Positions 35,001 through 47,848 of a stretch of 64,000 nucleotides of DNA are shown in pieces (positions within the stretch are counted from its first letter, which is position 1; every line of letters begins with the position of its first letter). A program made the translations under genes and the position numbers. The DNA is from Takakia lepidozioides (taxonomy: Eukaryota; Plantae; Bryophyta). Where the stretch lies: NCBI GenBank assembly GCA_030704615.1, contig CM060731.1:64170001-64234000 (forward strand), read 5' to 3'. The notes beneath the pieces were generated by a model. It saw nothing but the letters and a program-made list of their open reading frames with translations. It made no database searches and had not been told where the DNA came from.

Positions 35001-35961
35001 GCATACAAAAAAAAACTACAGTATAAAGATCTTAGGCGAAATTTTGAAAGCAAGCTACGAGGAGAGATGGCGATGGTGAAGCTCCGTAGGGCTGCGCGCA
35101 GTGGCAACGGCCTGCCCTGGCTGCGGCCAAAACCCTGGCGATCCAACGGTCCAATCGTGCTGCATGGTGAGATCTCTACCGTTGATCGTGCGATGGGGCG
35201 ACAGCCACTAGATGTAGGGTTGTGGGGAACGTGTATTTCTGGCGCAACTGGTAGGTTCCCCTAGAGCTTTCTGGCCCTAGCCCGTGCGCGCGCCTTTATT
35301 TCTGGCGTATTTTTTGTTTTTTTTCCCAAGATTTTACATAGGCTGTCGCAGCCCTTTGTTTTTTTATCGCTTCTAGGCTCCATTTCGCCTAAAAAAGAAG
35401 CGCTGATCGGCAGCTGCATATTCAGCAAAATAATTGACCCCTGAATCATGCAGAATAAGGGCCGTACCACACTAGAGGCACACCAACGGCACTAACGTAG
35501 ACGTTCCGGCAACGTTCCGTCGGGGTAGGTTGTCAAATCTCCACCCCTCGTTGTGCGCCTCTCACCTGCGAGACTGTATTGTACTATGGAACGGGCCCGA
35601 CCCGTTCCACCTAGGAACGTGGCGAGCCCCTAGGGGCGAGCTTGCGTTCCGGTAGGGTGGAACAGGCTCCACCGGACCCGTTCCAGAGCGGTGTCTCCCC
35701 ACCATGATCAACAGTACTACAAACGGCTACGATCTACTGGATATGGGCCGTCGATATGACACATGTATACGAGACGGTCTATATTAGTAGCCTCTAGGTG
35801 ACACGTTATGACGCAAGACCAGCCGATAACTTACAGGAAAAACCTTAACAAGTACCATAATAAGACACCAAATAGATTTGAACCATTAACAGTTCAAATG
35901 GTTGGAAAGAAATGGTCAAAAGTTTGATGGTTGAATGTGATGTATCACAACGATGGACTAG

Positions 35962-36070
35962 GTAGCATTCAAGAGGAGCCCCTGCTACCGGATATAGCAG
36001 GGAGCCAGGACCTACCGAGCCGCGTTAGCGACCTATTATATCCGGTAGTAGGGGCTCTTCTCGAGCGCTA
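35962..36070. repeat. Inverted repeat / hairpin
   Basis: GAGCCCCTGCTACCGGATATA / TATATCCGGTAGTAGGGGCTC (20/21), with an imperfect outward extension. Confidence 0.85.
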
Positions 36071-36699
36071 CCGGACATAACCGGTTTTTAGGGCAGCAAG
36101 CCATTGAGTTTACCCTTGTACGTACCTACCACCACGTATTATATCCATTTGGAGCTGTGATATGAAGTTTTCATCCCCGCATCATATAGGTAGGTAGTTA
36201 AAATATAGTAGGTCGTAGAATACCACATATAGCACCCCTCCTCAAATCCAGTAGAAACACGCCACGTCAGCGAGTCTGCTCTAAAAATCGGTTATGAGGT
36301 GTGTAGATCAATCTATGACCAGACCAAACACAATGAGTACTTGTATTTTTATTTTTTTTAAGTTGCACTTACACTTGATTGATATACTTTTTCATCTCCA
36401 AAATAATTCTAGTCCAAGGTCCCCACTCAGCTCCCTTGTTCCCAGTCTTGCTCCCATGTTCATGTCCTTGGTCATCGCTCCCCTATTGACGGTCGCCACT
36501 CCCCTCCTTGTCCCGTGGAATCTGCCCCACATGTTCCTAAGTCCCCGCTCCCCTCCTCGCCCTGTGGAACGTGGCTTGCTCCCCTATTCCTGGTCATCGT
36601 TCCTCTCCTCGCTCCCCTGTCCCACTATGGGGAGTAATTTTCATTCATGTGGACATTTTCTGAATTGAATCGAAAGGTGCCCGCGCCCAAAAAAATTCA

Positions 36700-37170
36700 T
36701 GGGCATGTCGCACTAATCGTGCACGCTGTGTGGGGTGAGGCACAATCCTCACCCAGTTTACTGCAGGGGCAGTATTGGTGGCGTGGTATGCATACAGAGG
36801 TGCAACAGTTCGTGGCTAGGTGCATAGTGTGTGACAGGGTGCGTGCTTCATTCAACGCCCCTACACCACAGTTGCATCATTTACCAATCATGGGATTGGG
36901 CTACAGGTGGAGTCTTGACTTCGCAGGACCGTTGCCACTGATTATGCGCCACCACAGATATGTGTTGGTGATGGTGGAGCACTTTTCCAAGTGGATTGAG
37001 TTGGTTCCATTTCCTGACAAGGCTAGTGAGGGGCTGCGTATGCATTCTTGGATCGTGTGCTTAGCCGATTTGGTGCTCCAGCTGAGGTACTCACGGACCA
37101 AGGGAGAGAGTTCTGGGGGAGTTTCAGGCTTTGTGTGATAAAGCCTTGATAGACCACCGCACCACTTCTC
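36700..37170 (+). pseudogene. Isolated gypsy-type integrase fragment
   Basis: QYWWRGMHTEVQQFVARCIVCDR...WSLDFAGPLP...YVLVMVEHFSKWIE, then frameshifted RFGAPAEVLTDQG. Confidence 0.9.
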
Positions 37171-38759
37171 GGGAGCGCCCTCACATATCCTCTTGCTTTA
37201 TTCGGACTAGCAGGGGAAGATCAACTTACAAAGAATGGGACTAACACAGGGTAAGATCTGGAACTTCCTAAACCTTGCGTCCGCGAGCTCCTCCTCCTCT
37301 GCAACAGTGAACTTGAAAGAACAACTGTTGTGGTGTACTTCCATGTTGTATCCAAGGGGGCAGAGACCTATGACTTATCAAAGTCTGTAGTTTCCTCAGC
37401 CTTGAATAAAGTCTCGTTAAACTGGGGGGTGCAGGTATCATCGATTTCAGATTTCTTCCGGGCGTAGAAGAAGGATCGACATACCAGGAGAAACCTTCGT
37501 GTCATTCCTGAACGAGTACCAAACACGAGGGTGGCCAAATATTGGCAAGGTACCCTTGTGGCTCATTATCTCCAACGCTCAGAACAGTCCTACCGTTGAG
37601 CGTGTACTGCAGTTGAATTTTGGTTGGAGTTTTGAGATTGTCCGCTCATTCTACTTCCCTTGCAAGGCTAAGGACCTTCTTGTTGACAGCCGCGAAGAAC
37701 ATTTCAACTCAAGGGGGTGAAGTTTGATTGTCCCCATTTGGCACCTCGCCTAGGCACCTGGATCAGTTGGCTCTGTACTTGTGAATGTATTAAGCGGGAT
37801 GCCGCGGCGATTGTAAGTTATGCTCGATTGAATATATTCTCTTGCCGTTGTTCTGCCATTAATAATCGTAGCAAAACATGAGAAGTGTATATTAATGGAT
37901 TATTTGTGGCCTCTGCACCAATTTAGCATCGTCCGCAATAATCCACACCTGGAATCGCCGATCAGGAACAACTTCCGGAAGGCAATGAAGAACAAAATCA
38001 GATGGTGAGTTGATGTACTTTGGTTGTATATATTTGTTTCTTTTGTTCACACTTGTACTCGGTCGACTAATACCACTAATACCACCGGATGTCGCATCTA
38101 GAGATGGAGAAAAAACATGTGTCTGGGAGAGCCCAGGCGATGATGATGAGGAACCTCAGACGACTCCTCTCTGTGCAGGAGGATGAGAATGAGGAGACTG
38201 AGGATATTTCTCCCCCAGAAGGAAGCCACCAACAGAGTGATGACGACGACGATGATGGACACAACTCAAGTGATGGCATTCCGACCGGGCACGTTACTAC
38301 ATTGATGGAAGACAAAAGCAGTGAGTACAGTGAGAAGAGTGAAGAGGGAGAGGCTCGTATAGCGACAAACCGACACAAATTTCCGATTAGGAAGGAGGAG
38401 ATGCATTGGATGAATCGTGGTCGTCCCCAGATCCGCCAAAATGATGAGGATGACAATGCAGGTCGTGCGGCCGTTCAAGGAGATGTAAACTTGGAAGCTC
38501 GGAAAATTCAATCGTGTCATGCACGTCCTATGCGGGACTCGTATAAACTCCACGGTGTCTTGGGGAAACACGGAGTGGATCCCCGTGGATGTAGAAATTT
38601 GGATCAATAGTATATATATGGACGATACGAAGGCCCTGAGAAACCCTAATCACGAGGATATGAATATTTCCCTTTGTGCCCTCTTTCGCGCTATGAGCCA
38701 TCTCCTATGCGTTGTGGATGCTATGTGGAGCAACATTTCAGAATCGTGAAGCTAACCTG

Positions 38760-39460
38760 ACCGAGAGAGGGAGAGCCAGAGAGGGAGCTAGAGAGGGAGA
38801 GAGTCATGAAGCGCTTGGAGAATAAGTAGCGAGAGAATAGTGCACTCCCATTTAATTTCAAGATCTGGCCATGAGTAAGCATTTTCCGATACTGGCTCGA
38901 GTTCCCCCAATGGTGACCACAAAGATCGGAAGCAATGATCGAACGCATTTGTAGCCATTCGCACGTCGACCAGCTTTAAAGTTCCAGTTCCTAGAGGTAT
39001 GCCTCTATTATCCGTGATTCAATTTGTATGTCTTTTGGTGGAGTTTCTGCTGCTTTGAAGCATGTTGCAGACTCCGTGAGAATAGTTAGTGAAAGTGTAG
39101 GATTCACAGAAATGGGGAAGAAGTGAGTGTCCAGTATAAAAGACAGCGGTAAAGATGTGGCTCTCCGGGACGTTTTGGCTAAGTTCTCTCCTCCAAGCTC
39201 ATGAGTCACCTGCATGTACGCACGGAGTACAACTTTAGCTACAATGATATCTTTTATCAATGATTGGGGTTGAGCTCATGCTAGTATCGGAATATGCTTA
39301 CTCCTGGCCAGATTTTGTCATTTGGTGTTCCAAGAAGTCTGCTATAGTACACAGCGCCACCACCACTCCACAGTTCTCCCGCAACTGCACTATTCTCTCG
39401 CACCTCTACCATAAAAGCGCTTTGTGACTTCCTCTCTCTCTCCCTCTCCTTTAGGCTTAA
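38760..39460. mobile_element. Foldback/MITE-like element with long imperfect inverted arms
   Basis: GCGAGAGAATAGTGCA (~38828) vs TGCACTATTCTCTCGC (~39386); ATCTGGCCATGAGTAAGCATTTTCCGATACT (~38863) vs AGTATCGGAATATGCTTACTCCTGGCCAGAT (~39283); GA-rich vs TC-rich outer ends. Confidence 0.8.
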
Positions 39461-41189
39461 CGATTCCTCTCATGCTCACGCCTTACCACGGGCAAATGAT
39501 AAGCTTATACTTTCGTATGTGTATATGGATAATTTAAATATATACACATACATATACAATATATACATTACATACAAAAACAAATTAAAATTTATAGATT
39601 ACAATGCAATTGAATTGCCAATTCGCAATTCAATTGAATAGCAAATTAGGGTTGTTTTCAAGCTAGTTTTTGCAGTTCAATTGAATTGTAAGGGCAATTC
39701 AATTCAATTGTGCACTTTTAGGAAGGTGATCAAGTGAATTGCGATGGGATTGCGATGCATTTCACATCAAGGGCTTTTGGATTCCGTAGGCCGTGCACTA
39801 CATACTCTACATGCAAAGTATTGTACACACTAACTTTGCAGATGCTATGTCCAAGCTACCATAGTTGTACGCTGAAAACCATTGAAAGAACATTGAGTTA
39901 GAAGCAAACACATGCACACTCTCCTAGCGAGCATTGTAAGAAAGTGAAACTCTGATCTAGGATTGGCATGAATTATTGGTGTTTGTTCATGACACTCTGC
40001 AAGTTGATGTCCAACACCCTTTCACAACTTGAGATTGTTGCAGCCATGGTCTTTCGTTAGGAAGGTAGACACCATCTTATGAGCATCCTTTTGTCCATAT
40101 TCCTCCCAAGAGTTCAAACCCTTTGGTATCCACTTGGTTGATTAGGCAATCGGTTGACCCGGCAAATTCCCCACTATAGTTGGGTTCATTATATGTGGTG
40201 CCACTAGCACAGCCCGGGCAGGCATTGTATGAATTTGGCTAGTGTAGTCGAATGGCATTGAGCATCATGCATACTATTATATCACCAAAAGTTTAAGACT
40301 AAGCAGCGAACAATATTTGAACCCAAATTGTAATATATTGATATTAACCATACGAATTAACTGCATCTATACATCGTTCTTGCAATTCAACGGCTTTCTT
40401 GAGTGGCTCTATTACTAAGGACATAGCCACCTAGGGTGGATAAGCTTGGTTTGCTAGCCCTCGCTTGCCTAAAGCAAAAGGATCATGCCCTAAAGCAAGC
40501 CAAAAACACTCATGTTTTAGGTCAAGGAGAGCAAGCAAGTTAGGTTGCCTTTCCTAGTGCGGCCTAGCCCTAATCAAATGCATTTGTCTCCATTTAGCAA
40601 TTGCAATTTCAGTGGAAATCACAACAAAATTGGAAACTTAGTGCAATTCGTCTGTGAAAACAAATGCACCCCAACATTTACCTGCACATAATAAAGAATT
40701 TAGTGTGACCTCTCTCATTCTATCAGCCCGCATTCCATTTGGCATTGCTACCCCTTAAGCGGTGGGGACCCTTCTAGAAGGGTGGGACACATGTCAGACC
40801 CTAATGATACTACTCCCACCACTTGACACGTGTACCCTAACCACTCAAATTGGCCGGAACCATCGCCTATTTAATAGGTGTCACGTTCTTGCATTTTTTT
40901 TTTTTACCCCCTTTACATGCCAATTATTAATTCAAATCCCTATGTAGCTTGCTATAGAAGCCCCATGTTGCAAAAGATGTGAAGCAACTTGGGGACTTGA
41001 GCTCTTTCTTGATTAGCCAACCTGTCCTACCATTTCCAGATCCAATTGCAACAGCAGCAAAACTTTGCATCGTCATCTACTAAATATTGACAAGGGTGAT
41101 GCTGAAGTAAGCAACCAGCCCATGAATATCATTTAAGCTGATTCAACCCTCAGTTGACAATCACATCAAGGGTCCCAACGCAACAAAAG

Positions 41190-42105
41190 GAGGGCAACAC
41201 TATGTTGGGGCCTATGGGATGAGTGGTGAGAGTACAATCACAAGAAGGTCAGCCTGAAACCATTTCTTGAAGATAGCAAGAGAGGAAAAATGTGGTATGC
41301 CGAGCCTCTAACCAATGCAACCATTATCCTCAACAATCACTCATATGAAATTGTCGCGGGTACTTTTCGACACAAAGATTGTTTGAGAGCATCATTGTTT
41401 GAAGTTTCTTTCCCAAATATAAGGTGTTTTGCTTACTCTTCAATTCCAGTAGAAAGTGATTTTAGAATTATGAGGGTTTATAGAGAGAGAGAGGTGTTGC
41501 CGATTCAAGAGGAGAGAGAAGCACAGGAAAAATAAGAAGATTGGATTATCTAGGAAATACAGAGATTGTCAATCAAGTGATCAAGAACAAGAAAGAGCTG
41601 AAAAAGTTGAGGCTGAAGTTGTGGGAGACTAGAACCAAAGTAGCAAGCCTTTATATACGTTGTAGGAGTTTGAGGGAGGCTACTGCACAGGCTGTTGAAA
41701 GGGGAGACATTCAGAAATTCCGTCGAGACATTATGGATGCACATTGCATATAGGTTGGGAAAGTTTGGGGGGAAGAGAGTTTGTGGGATTTTCTTGTTGA
41801 TATCGGCAAAAATATTGGAAGAACTGGATTAAAAAGGAAGAGGTACAACAATAGCACAAAGATCATGTTTGAAACGGTGAAGCTTTGGGGTGGTCCAAGA
41901 TTGCCTCATTTTTTAGCATCCAATTTGGGTGGTCCAGCAACTGATACAACAAAACGTTCGTTGAGGAAAACGATGAATTATAGAGTGGGTGAAATGGCTG
42001 ATGTGTTTTTACATGCTGCTGGAATATATCAACATGTGATGGAAAATATAAACATTCCATTTGGAAGTGTCCATGTGACGGTGGCTGAAGATGAAACGGT
42101 GGTGT
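41190..42105 (+). pseudogene. N-terminal part of a putative P-element/THAP9-like DDE transposase, truncated after the first catalytic Asp
   Basis: Colinear ORF pieces: coiled coil KELKKLRLKLW, then KRYNNSTKIMFETVKLWGGPRLPHFLASNLGGP.TDTTKR (HTH-like), then VTVAEDET. Family call is from motif layout only. Confidence 0.5.
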
Positions 42106-42431
42106 CCCACAAATACCTCATTTTTTCCCATTGACATCTCATGAACTCATGATTAAACCAAATTGCATGTGAGTTGTACAACTAAAACTATTCGAGGTAG
42201 ACGAGTGCATGCAAAGGATTTGCTATCAACACTCTAGCATAGTGAGCAACCACATTAATGCATCTATAATTGTGCTAAAGGCTGCTTCACCCTCTCCTAT
42301 TAGAACTACAAAATCTGTCACACAAACATGCTTCTCTTGTACCCCACAAAATCCTAAGAGAATATCATCCATAGTAATCCATCACATTTCCCATCTTACG
42401 GATTCTAACATTTGCATCAACTTGTTCTGAT

Positions 42432-45400
42432 TTATATTTTTCTATTATTGTACGAATTAGTTAAATAAGAAGTACAATAACTTGCTGCAACATAAGGATT
42501 GAGAATATATTGTGCATCAGTATTAGCTTGCCACAATGGGCCAGCGTGGATACCAAATGCATTAGTACGGATATCTTTACATGCTATTTTTAAAAATAAA
42601 GTAGGTTTTTGCAATCTAATACGCAACGTACATATATATGTTTTTTTTAATCAATATGTAATAATGAAAGAAAGTCATCAAATGAAATATCTATACCCAT
42701 ATCCATTTTATTTCAGTAAATATTTGAGTTGATATCAATGTATAATGTTTTAAATCCTTTCTAATTCTTCAGTGAAAGGTTCCAAAATAGTAGTACAAAT
42801 CATGGGGGCAATGGATAGTGAAAACGACATATAGCTTGATTTTTTTTTCTGCATGTCCGTTTGTGTCGATGGATTTGAGCTTCACGAAGACTAGGTGGAA
42901 GAACATTACTATCATATGTTATATATTTATCCACAAAATCTTCAATTATCTTATTTTGGTCTATTCCATAAATGGGTGCAACATTCCATGGTCATGTTCA
43001 CTACCTCTACTTTGAAATTCCGTCACATAGAAAAAATCACGTAGGGGTCCAAAAATGGTATGATGTTTTTTACATAGATGTCTAAAAGCACCCATTCGAT
43101 GATCATAATATCGAGCACATGTAACGGGGTCGGATCGGACTAACTCGGCAATGTGTTTAGTTTCTAAGTTTTGTATATTATCCGGAATTTCTAATTTTTC
43201 ATAGTTGAGAGAATGAAGGGTTTCTAATAGTGGTGTCCATTTACTTTTAGCACTTGTGAATGTGACAAAAAAAGTAGGGGGTCCTAACTGTCGAATCAGT
43301 GCAAAAGCTTCTTTTCGAAGACGAGCCAAGTAATCGGGCGATGGTCGTAATCGTTCTAGATCTCTATAGCCTAGATCTGAGCAAAATAGCTTATCCAAAT
43401 TTGGTTTTTCAAGGAGATCACCTGCCTTTAATTGTCTACCATGAAGTTTATCTTTACGAATACGAATCCAAGAAGATGAAGTAACACCATGAATTAATAC
43501 TTTTATAGCTTTAAAAAAAAGATTTGGAATATGTCGTGCAAAATCATGGTCTTTATGCAATAGTTCCCACTGTGCAACATCTTGATAAGATAAAGCCGAA
43601 CAATTTGATCGAGGATGTCCAAAAAACAAGCTAGGAAAATTTAATTCTTCGCTATGAATATCTTGAAATAGACCTAATGGTTTGAAATCTTGACTAGGAG
43701 CTACCGTCAAAAGATCATCTTGAAATACTTGGATTTGTTCCGAAGTGAGAATATTTTCCACCACAGTATCACTAGTAATATTTTCGGTAACTTCCTCAGA
43801 ACTATCTTCATTAAGACAATGTTTTTGATTATTTTGTTCTGTTTGACGAAACATTGCAAATAAACCAGACCATTCTGGACAAATAGTAACATGAGCTTCC
43901 ATATATAATGGAGTAGTTAGGAGATCATGTAAAGCTAACATGATAAAATTTGGACGTGCAGTTCCTGATAAATATGGATTTTTATATTCTAATCGACGTT
44001 TCAAAAGTAATCCAATTGTAGCATCATCATGTGGCATGCGAGGTAGAACCGCCTGTGTATCATTAATATTTGATGGAACATTAATTATGCTACCACGAAT
44101 ACCATATTGAGCATAACCTTGCAATTGATATATCTGTGCAAAAGCCATACGTGGTGCAATTAATCTTTCTTCTAGTGCATTTAGTTTTTGAACATTATAT
44201 ATAGGATTATTTAGATGAATATTGTTAGGTACTATATATTTAGGAGATTTTTTTTATGAAGCATCAATTTACAACTTTGACATAGAAATAATTCTTGATT
44301 TTGTACTTTTGTCATATTAATAGAAATATACTCCTCTAATTTAGTCAACAAGCCTTTCGTGAGTTTAACAATTTGTTTTTTAAAAGATAACCGATGACAA
44401 CACATACATGGATGCACAGGCGTATCTAACAATTTTTCTCTATATTGAGTATGATGAGTACTAGATTTGGATTTGGGTTTGGATTTGGATTTGGATTTGG
44501 ATTTTTCTGCTTTTTGTAGGGTTTGTTCTTGACTCACATTATTATTGGGACTTACATTTACCATGGATATATCTATAGAATTTTTTGTAGTTGTTTTCGC
44601 AATAAACTTCTTTTTATTGTTAATATATCGTAAATGTGAATAAATTTGAGAAAATATAAGTTGTAAAGCTGCATAATGTTGTTTAAACATATTAGCTATA
44701 TCTTTTAAAGTTAATGATGGAAACTCAACCATTAAATTGAACATATATTCATCATGAGATGGTAACCATTTAAAACGAGGCGGTTTTGGGGCTACAATAG
44801 TTATATCGTGACCATCATGTTTTTGTTGCCAAGCCCTTTTCTTAGTAATAGTGTCAATTTTCGAAGAAGATATTACGGAAAGTGGAGGGGATTGAATGTC
44901 ATGAATATTATGAACCAAAGCACATGGCATAACATCATTATGGGTTATTTTAAAAATAATAGGTTGAAAGTGTCCACTTTTGGTGGCATGCCTATCATCA
45001 TAAAGTAACTGCAGAGGGGTAGAAGTAAAAAATTGATCACCTGCAGAGAACATTATTCTTTTGTTGACGCGAGACCATAATAGGATTGGCCTTTGTAAAT
45101 AATTCGCCAAACAAACAATAGCACGATTATCACCTTCCAAACCCCCATCAACAACAGAAAATGACATTTTGTGAATGAAGTCCTCGAGGGTATGGATACC
45201 ATGCAACTCATATAGTGCCTTCGAAGATAAGTGAATTTGAATAATTTCGGTTAGTTCATCAGTTGGTGTTTGTAAAGTTTGTGAAAAATGAGCCATACAT
45301 AGACGACACAGATCTTTTGATGTAATTGAATAATGCAACAAATAAGCAATTGAATCAAACAAGCAATTTCCAGCAACATAATGATAATCATGTATACACT

Positions 45401-45443
45401 GTAAATGTTGACGTTGCAATACAAAATCAATGTCACAATCCAT
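42432..45443 (-). pseudogene. Rep polyprotein: OTU-like Cys protease - KS repeat - Zn finger - DUF6570-like - Helitron HUH Rep
   Basis: AGNCLFDSIAYLL...GHFQPI; CMCCHRL...LCQSCK; LNALEERLIAPRMAF (after a frameshift in an A-run near 44250); HSEELNFPSLFFG; IRQLGPPTFFVTFTSA (motif 1); VTEFQSRGSEHDHGML (HUH motif 2); WQANTDAQYILNPYVAASYCTSYLT (Y2 motif 3). Confidence 0.92.
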
Positions 45444-45564
45444 GTTTACAATATTGAAAATTAGGGTTCTAATATCTTAGATTAATATTAGTATAAACTA
45501 TAAAGAAATGTATTCAAGAATAAACTTGAAGTACCATAAACATATAGATAGAAGTGAATTTTAA

Positions 45565-45910
45565 AATTTAGAAACCCTAAAATATCGTGAAGCCGTAAAT
45601 TCCCTGTTTTTATTGTTTATTGTTTATTTTTATAAAACTTAAATATATAAAACCCTAATTGAACTGAAAACCCTGAAATATCCCTAATTTTAATTTGCAG
45701 ACTCTTTGAAACCCTATTATGTAAACGGCAATGTAACAGGTATCCCTAATAAATTGTAGAAATCCTAAAATATCATGAAGCCCTAAATTCCTTGTTTTTA
45801 GTTTAATTTGTAAAAGCTTAAATGTATAAAACCTTAATATACATTGAAAACCCTGGAATATCCCTAATTAAACGTCTAGACACTCTAAAACCGTAACATG
45901 TAAAACCTTC
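45565..45910. repeat. Two degenerate tandem copies of about 188 bp between the OB-fold and Rep genes
   Basis: AGAAA(C/T)CCTAAAATATC.TGAAGCC.TAAATTCC at ~45570 and ~45758. Confidence 0.8.
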
Positions 45911-46466
45911 AATTGTTAAAATGTAGAACTGTAAATTTTAAATATTTAATTAAATTAAAAAATCCTGAGTAAGTTTGAAATATTAATTTATTTATGTAAT
46001 TTAATTAGTATACCTGATAAGACTCTAGAATATCTCTCTAAAAAACTAAGGAAATAATGAGTAGAATAATGGTACTATGAAGTAAATATGTTTAATATGC
46101 TCTCAACAATATTAAAAAAATAGAATTGGTTGAGGATTTATTATTTAGTATATGAAACCAAGGTAGAAAATTGAAGGTCTTGCTTATGAACTCGTTGAAA
46201 AACTTGACTGAATAATCCAAGGGACTAGCTAAACGACTTGCTGAAAAACAAAAGTCTGAAAACTGATAATTGATTCACATGGATTACACATTTGTTTCCT
46301 TCTTGAAACACTCATGTATTAAACAAAAAACACACATACAACAAAAATGGATTTGTAAAATCCAAGTATATTGTGTGGACAACAACATGAGAAGCTTGTA
46401 AAGCCAAATACTGTCCTGGAAAAAAACAAGTGAAAGCCAAGCAAAGCAAGGTTATACTATGCTATG

Positions 46467-47848
46467 TTATGCTATGCTCTTGAATGCAAAATAGAAATCA
46501 CTAGCAGCATGCTCTTCGAAACCAACTAAGTCTCCCACATGATTCAAAGAGAAATGTGCCACATGACGGACATTAGATAGGGCCTTGATGACGGAGAGCC
46601 TATCGGCCCTATGAGTAGCCTTCAGATCCTGTTCATTCATTCCTACTATCGCTTCTACCCAGTCCGAATTGACATGGACCTGAACAACCCCATCCACACC
46701 CTGCACACTACCAATTTTGTACACCTGAAGAGCACAATGGCCAGCCGCTTTGCAAGCATTGTAGTAGAAGAGGCCGTCGTCTTGACGTGCTATATCTTCA
46801 AGCCTGCAAACAGCACAGACACGCTTGAAAAAGGGGAATTGAAGGTGACTTGATATGGAAAATCCCTATGACCTGAAAAACATCAAAGAGAAAAGATTAA
46901 ACCTATATAATAGACATGAAAGAATACGGAAATGAAGGAAAGACAAAGAAAAATAAGATTTTACCTGAGTTGCTATTCCGTGGCCTCCATGGGCTGTATG
47001 AGCATTGTGCACCCGCTGCAAATTGGCTCGTGCATCATCATCAAGAACCGAAGCAAAGATGGTACACGAAAGGGTGAACAGCCGCACCTCGCCACTTTGA
47101 GTCGCTCCAATGTTCTTAAACAGGGCATAAGTAGGTTCCCCTCTTCGGAACTGCTGCACTAGGCGCTCATATTCAACATGGAATGCCGGCAAGAAACTCA
47201 CCTGTTAGATATTAGATATTAGATATTAGATACATAACAGGAAAAAAGAAAAACCAAAAATAAAAGTAAGTAACCAAGACATGATATGAATTTACTTACA
47301 ATCTGGACATCCAATTGAGATGCTCCATCTGCAATAGTCAGTTCAAATCGTTGCTCCACCTGACCACGGACTCCAATGACAACCACAGCAATGGTAGCTG
47401 TTTCAAACTTATCATGGAAGCGCTTGGAGAAGGCACTGATGGTATCTTTGTGCAAGAAATTCAGTAACGGAGGATTGTGAAACGACGGGATGACCTGCAC
47501 AATAGTAGCTGAGGTGATCTTCAGGCAGTACATCAGATCCCATTTTTCAAACTTCAACTTATAACGCACTGAAAAGTTCTCCAGACGCACATAAGAGCCC
47601 TTGTTGAACTTGTCAGAATGAGCAGGGACAAAAGAGTCTGAGATTGTAACACTAACGGTGGTGAACCCAATGCGATCTGTCAAATCACAATGCAAGTAGG
47701 ACCAGGTGCTGGGAGAATCCAAGACAGTGGGTTTGTTGACATTGTCATAGCGACTCAAGACCAGACCCTCAAAAGCAGCATCTCTCACAGTGAGGTCTAA
47801 ATCGTCTACCAAAAGCATGGGACGTTCACACTTGACCATTCCTGCCAT
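46467..47848 (-). CDS. RPA70-like OB-fold ssDNA-binding protein, 3 predicted exons (~47848-47299, 47201-46965, ~46803-46467)
   Basis: Beta-rich tandem OB-like segments (YLHCDLTD...VSVTISDSF...FNKGSYVRLENFSV; IAVVVIGVRG...FELTIADG...YALFKNI). GT-AG junctions; sits next to Helitron Rep. Confidence 0.6.

Noticed and set aside
38089-38749. Acidic 173-aa ORF
   Set aside because: No recognisable domain, frameshifted continuation and TE-dense context, so it is unsupported as a gene.
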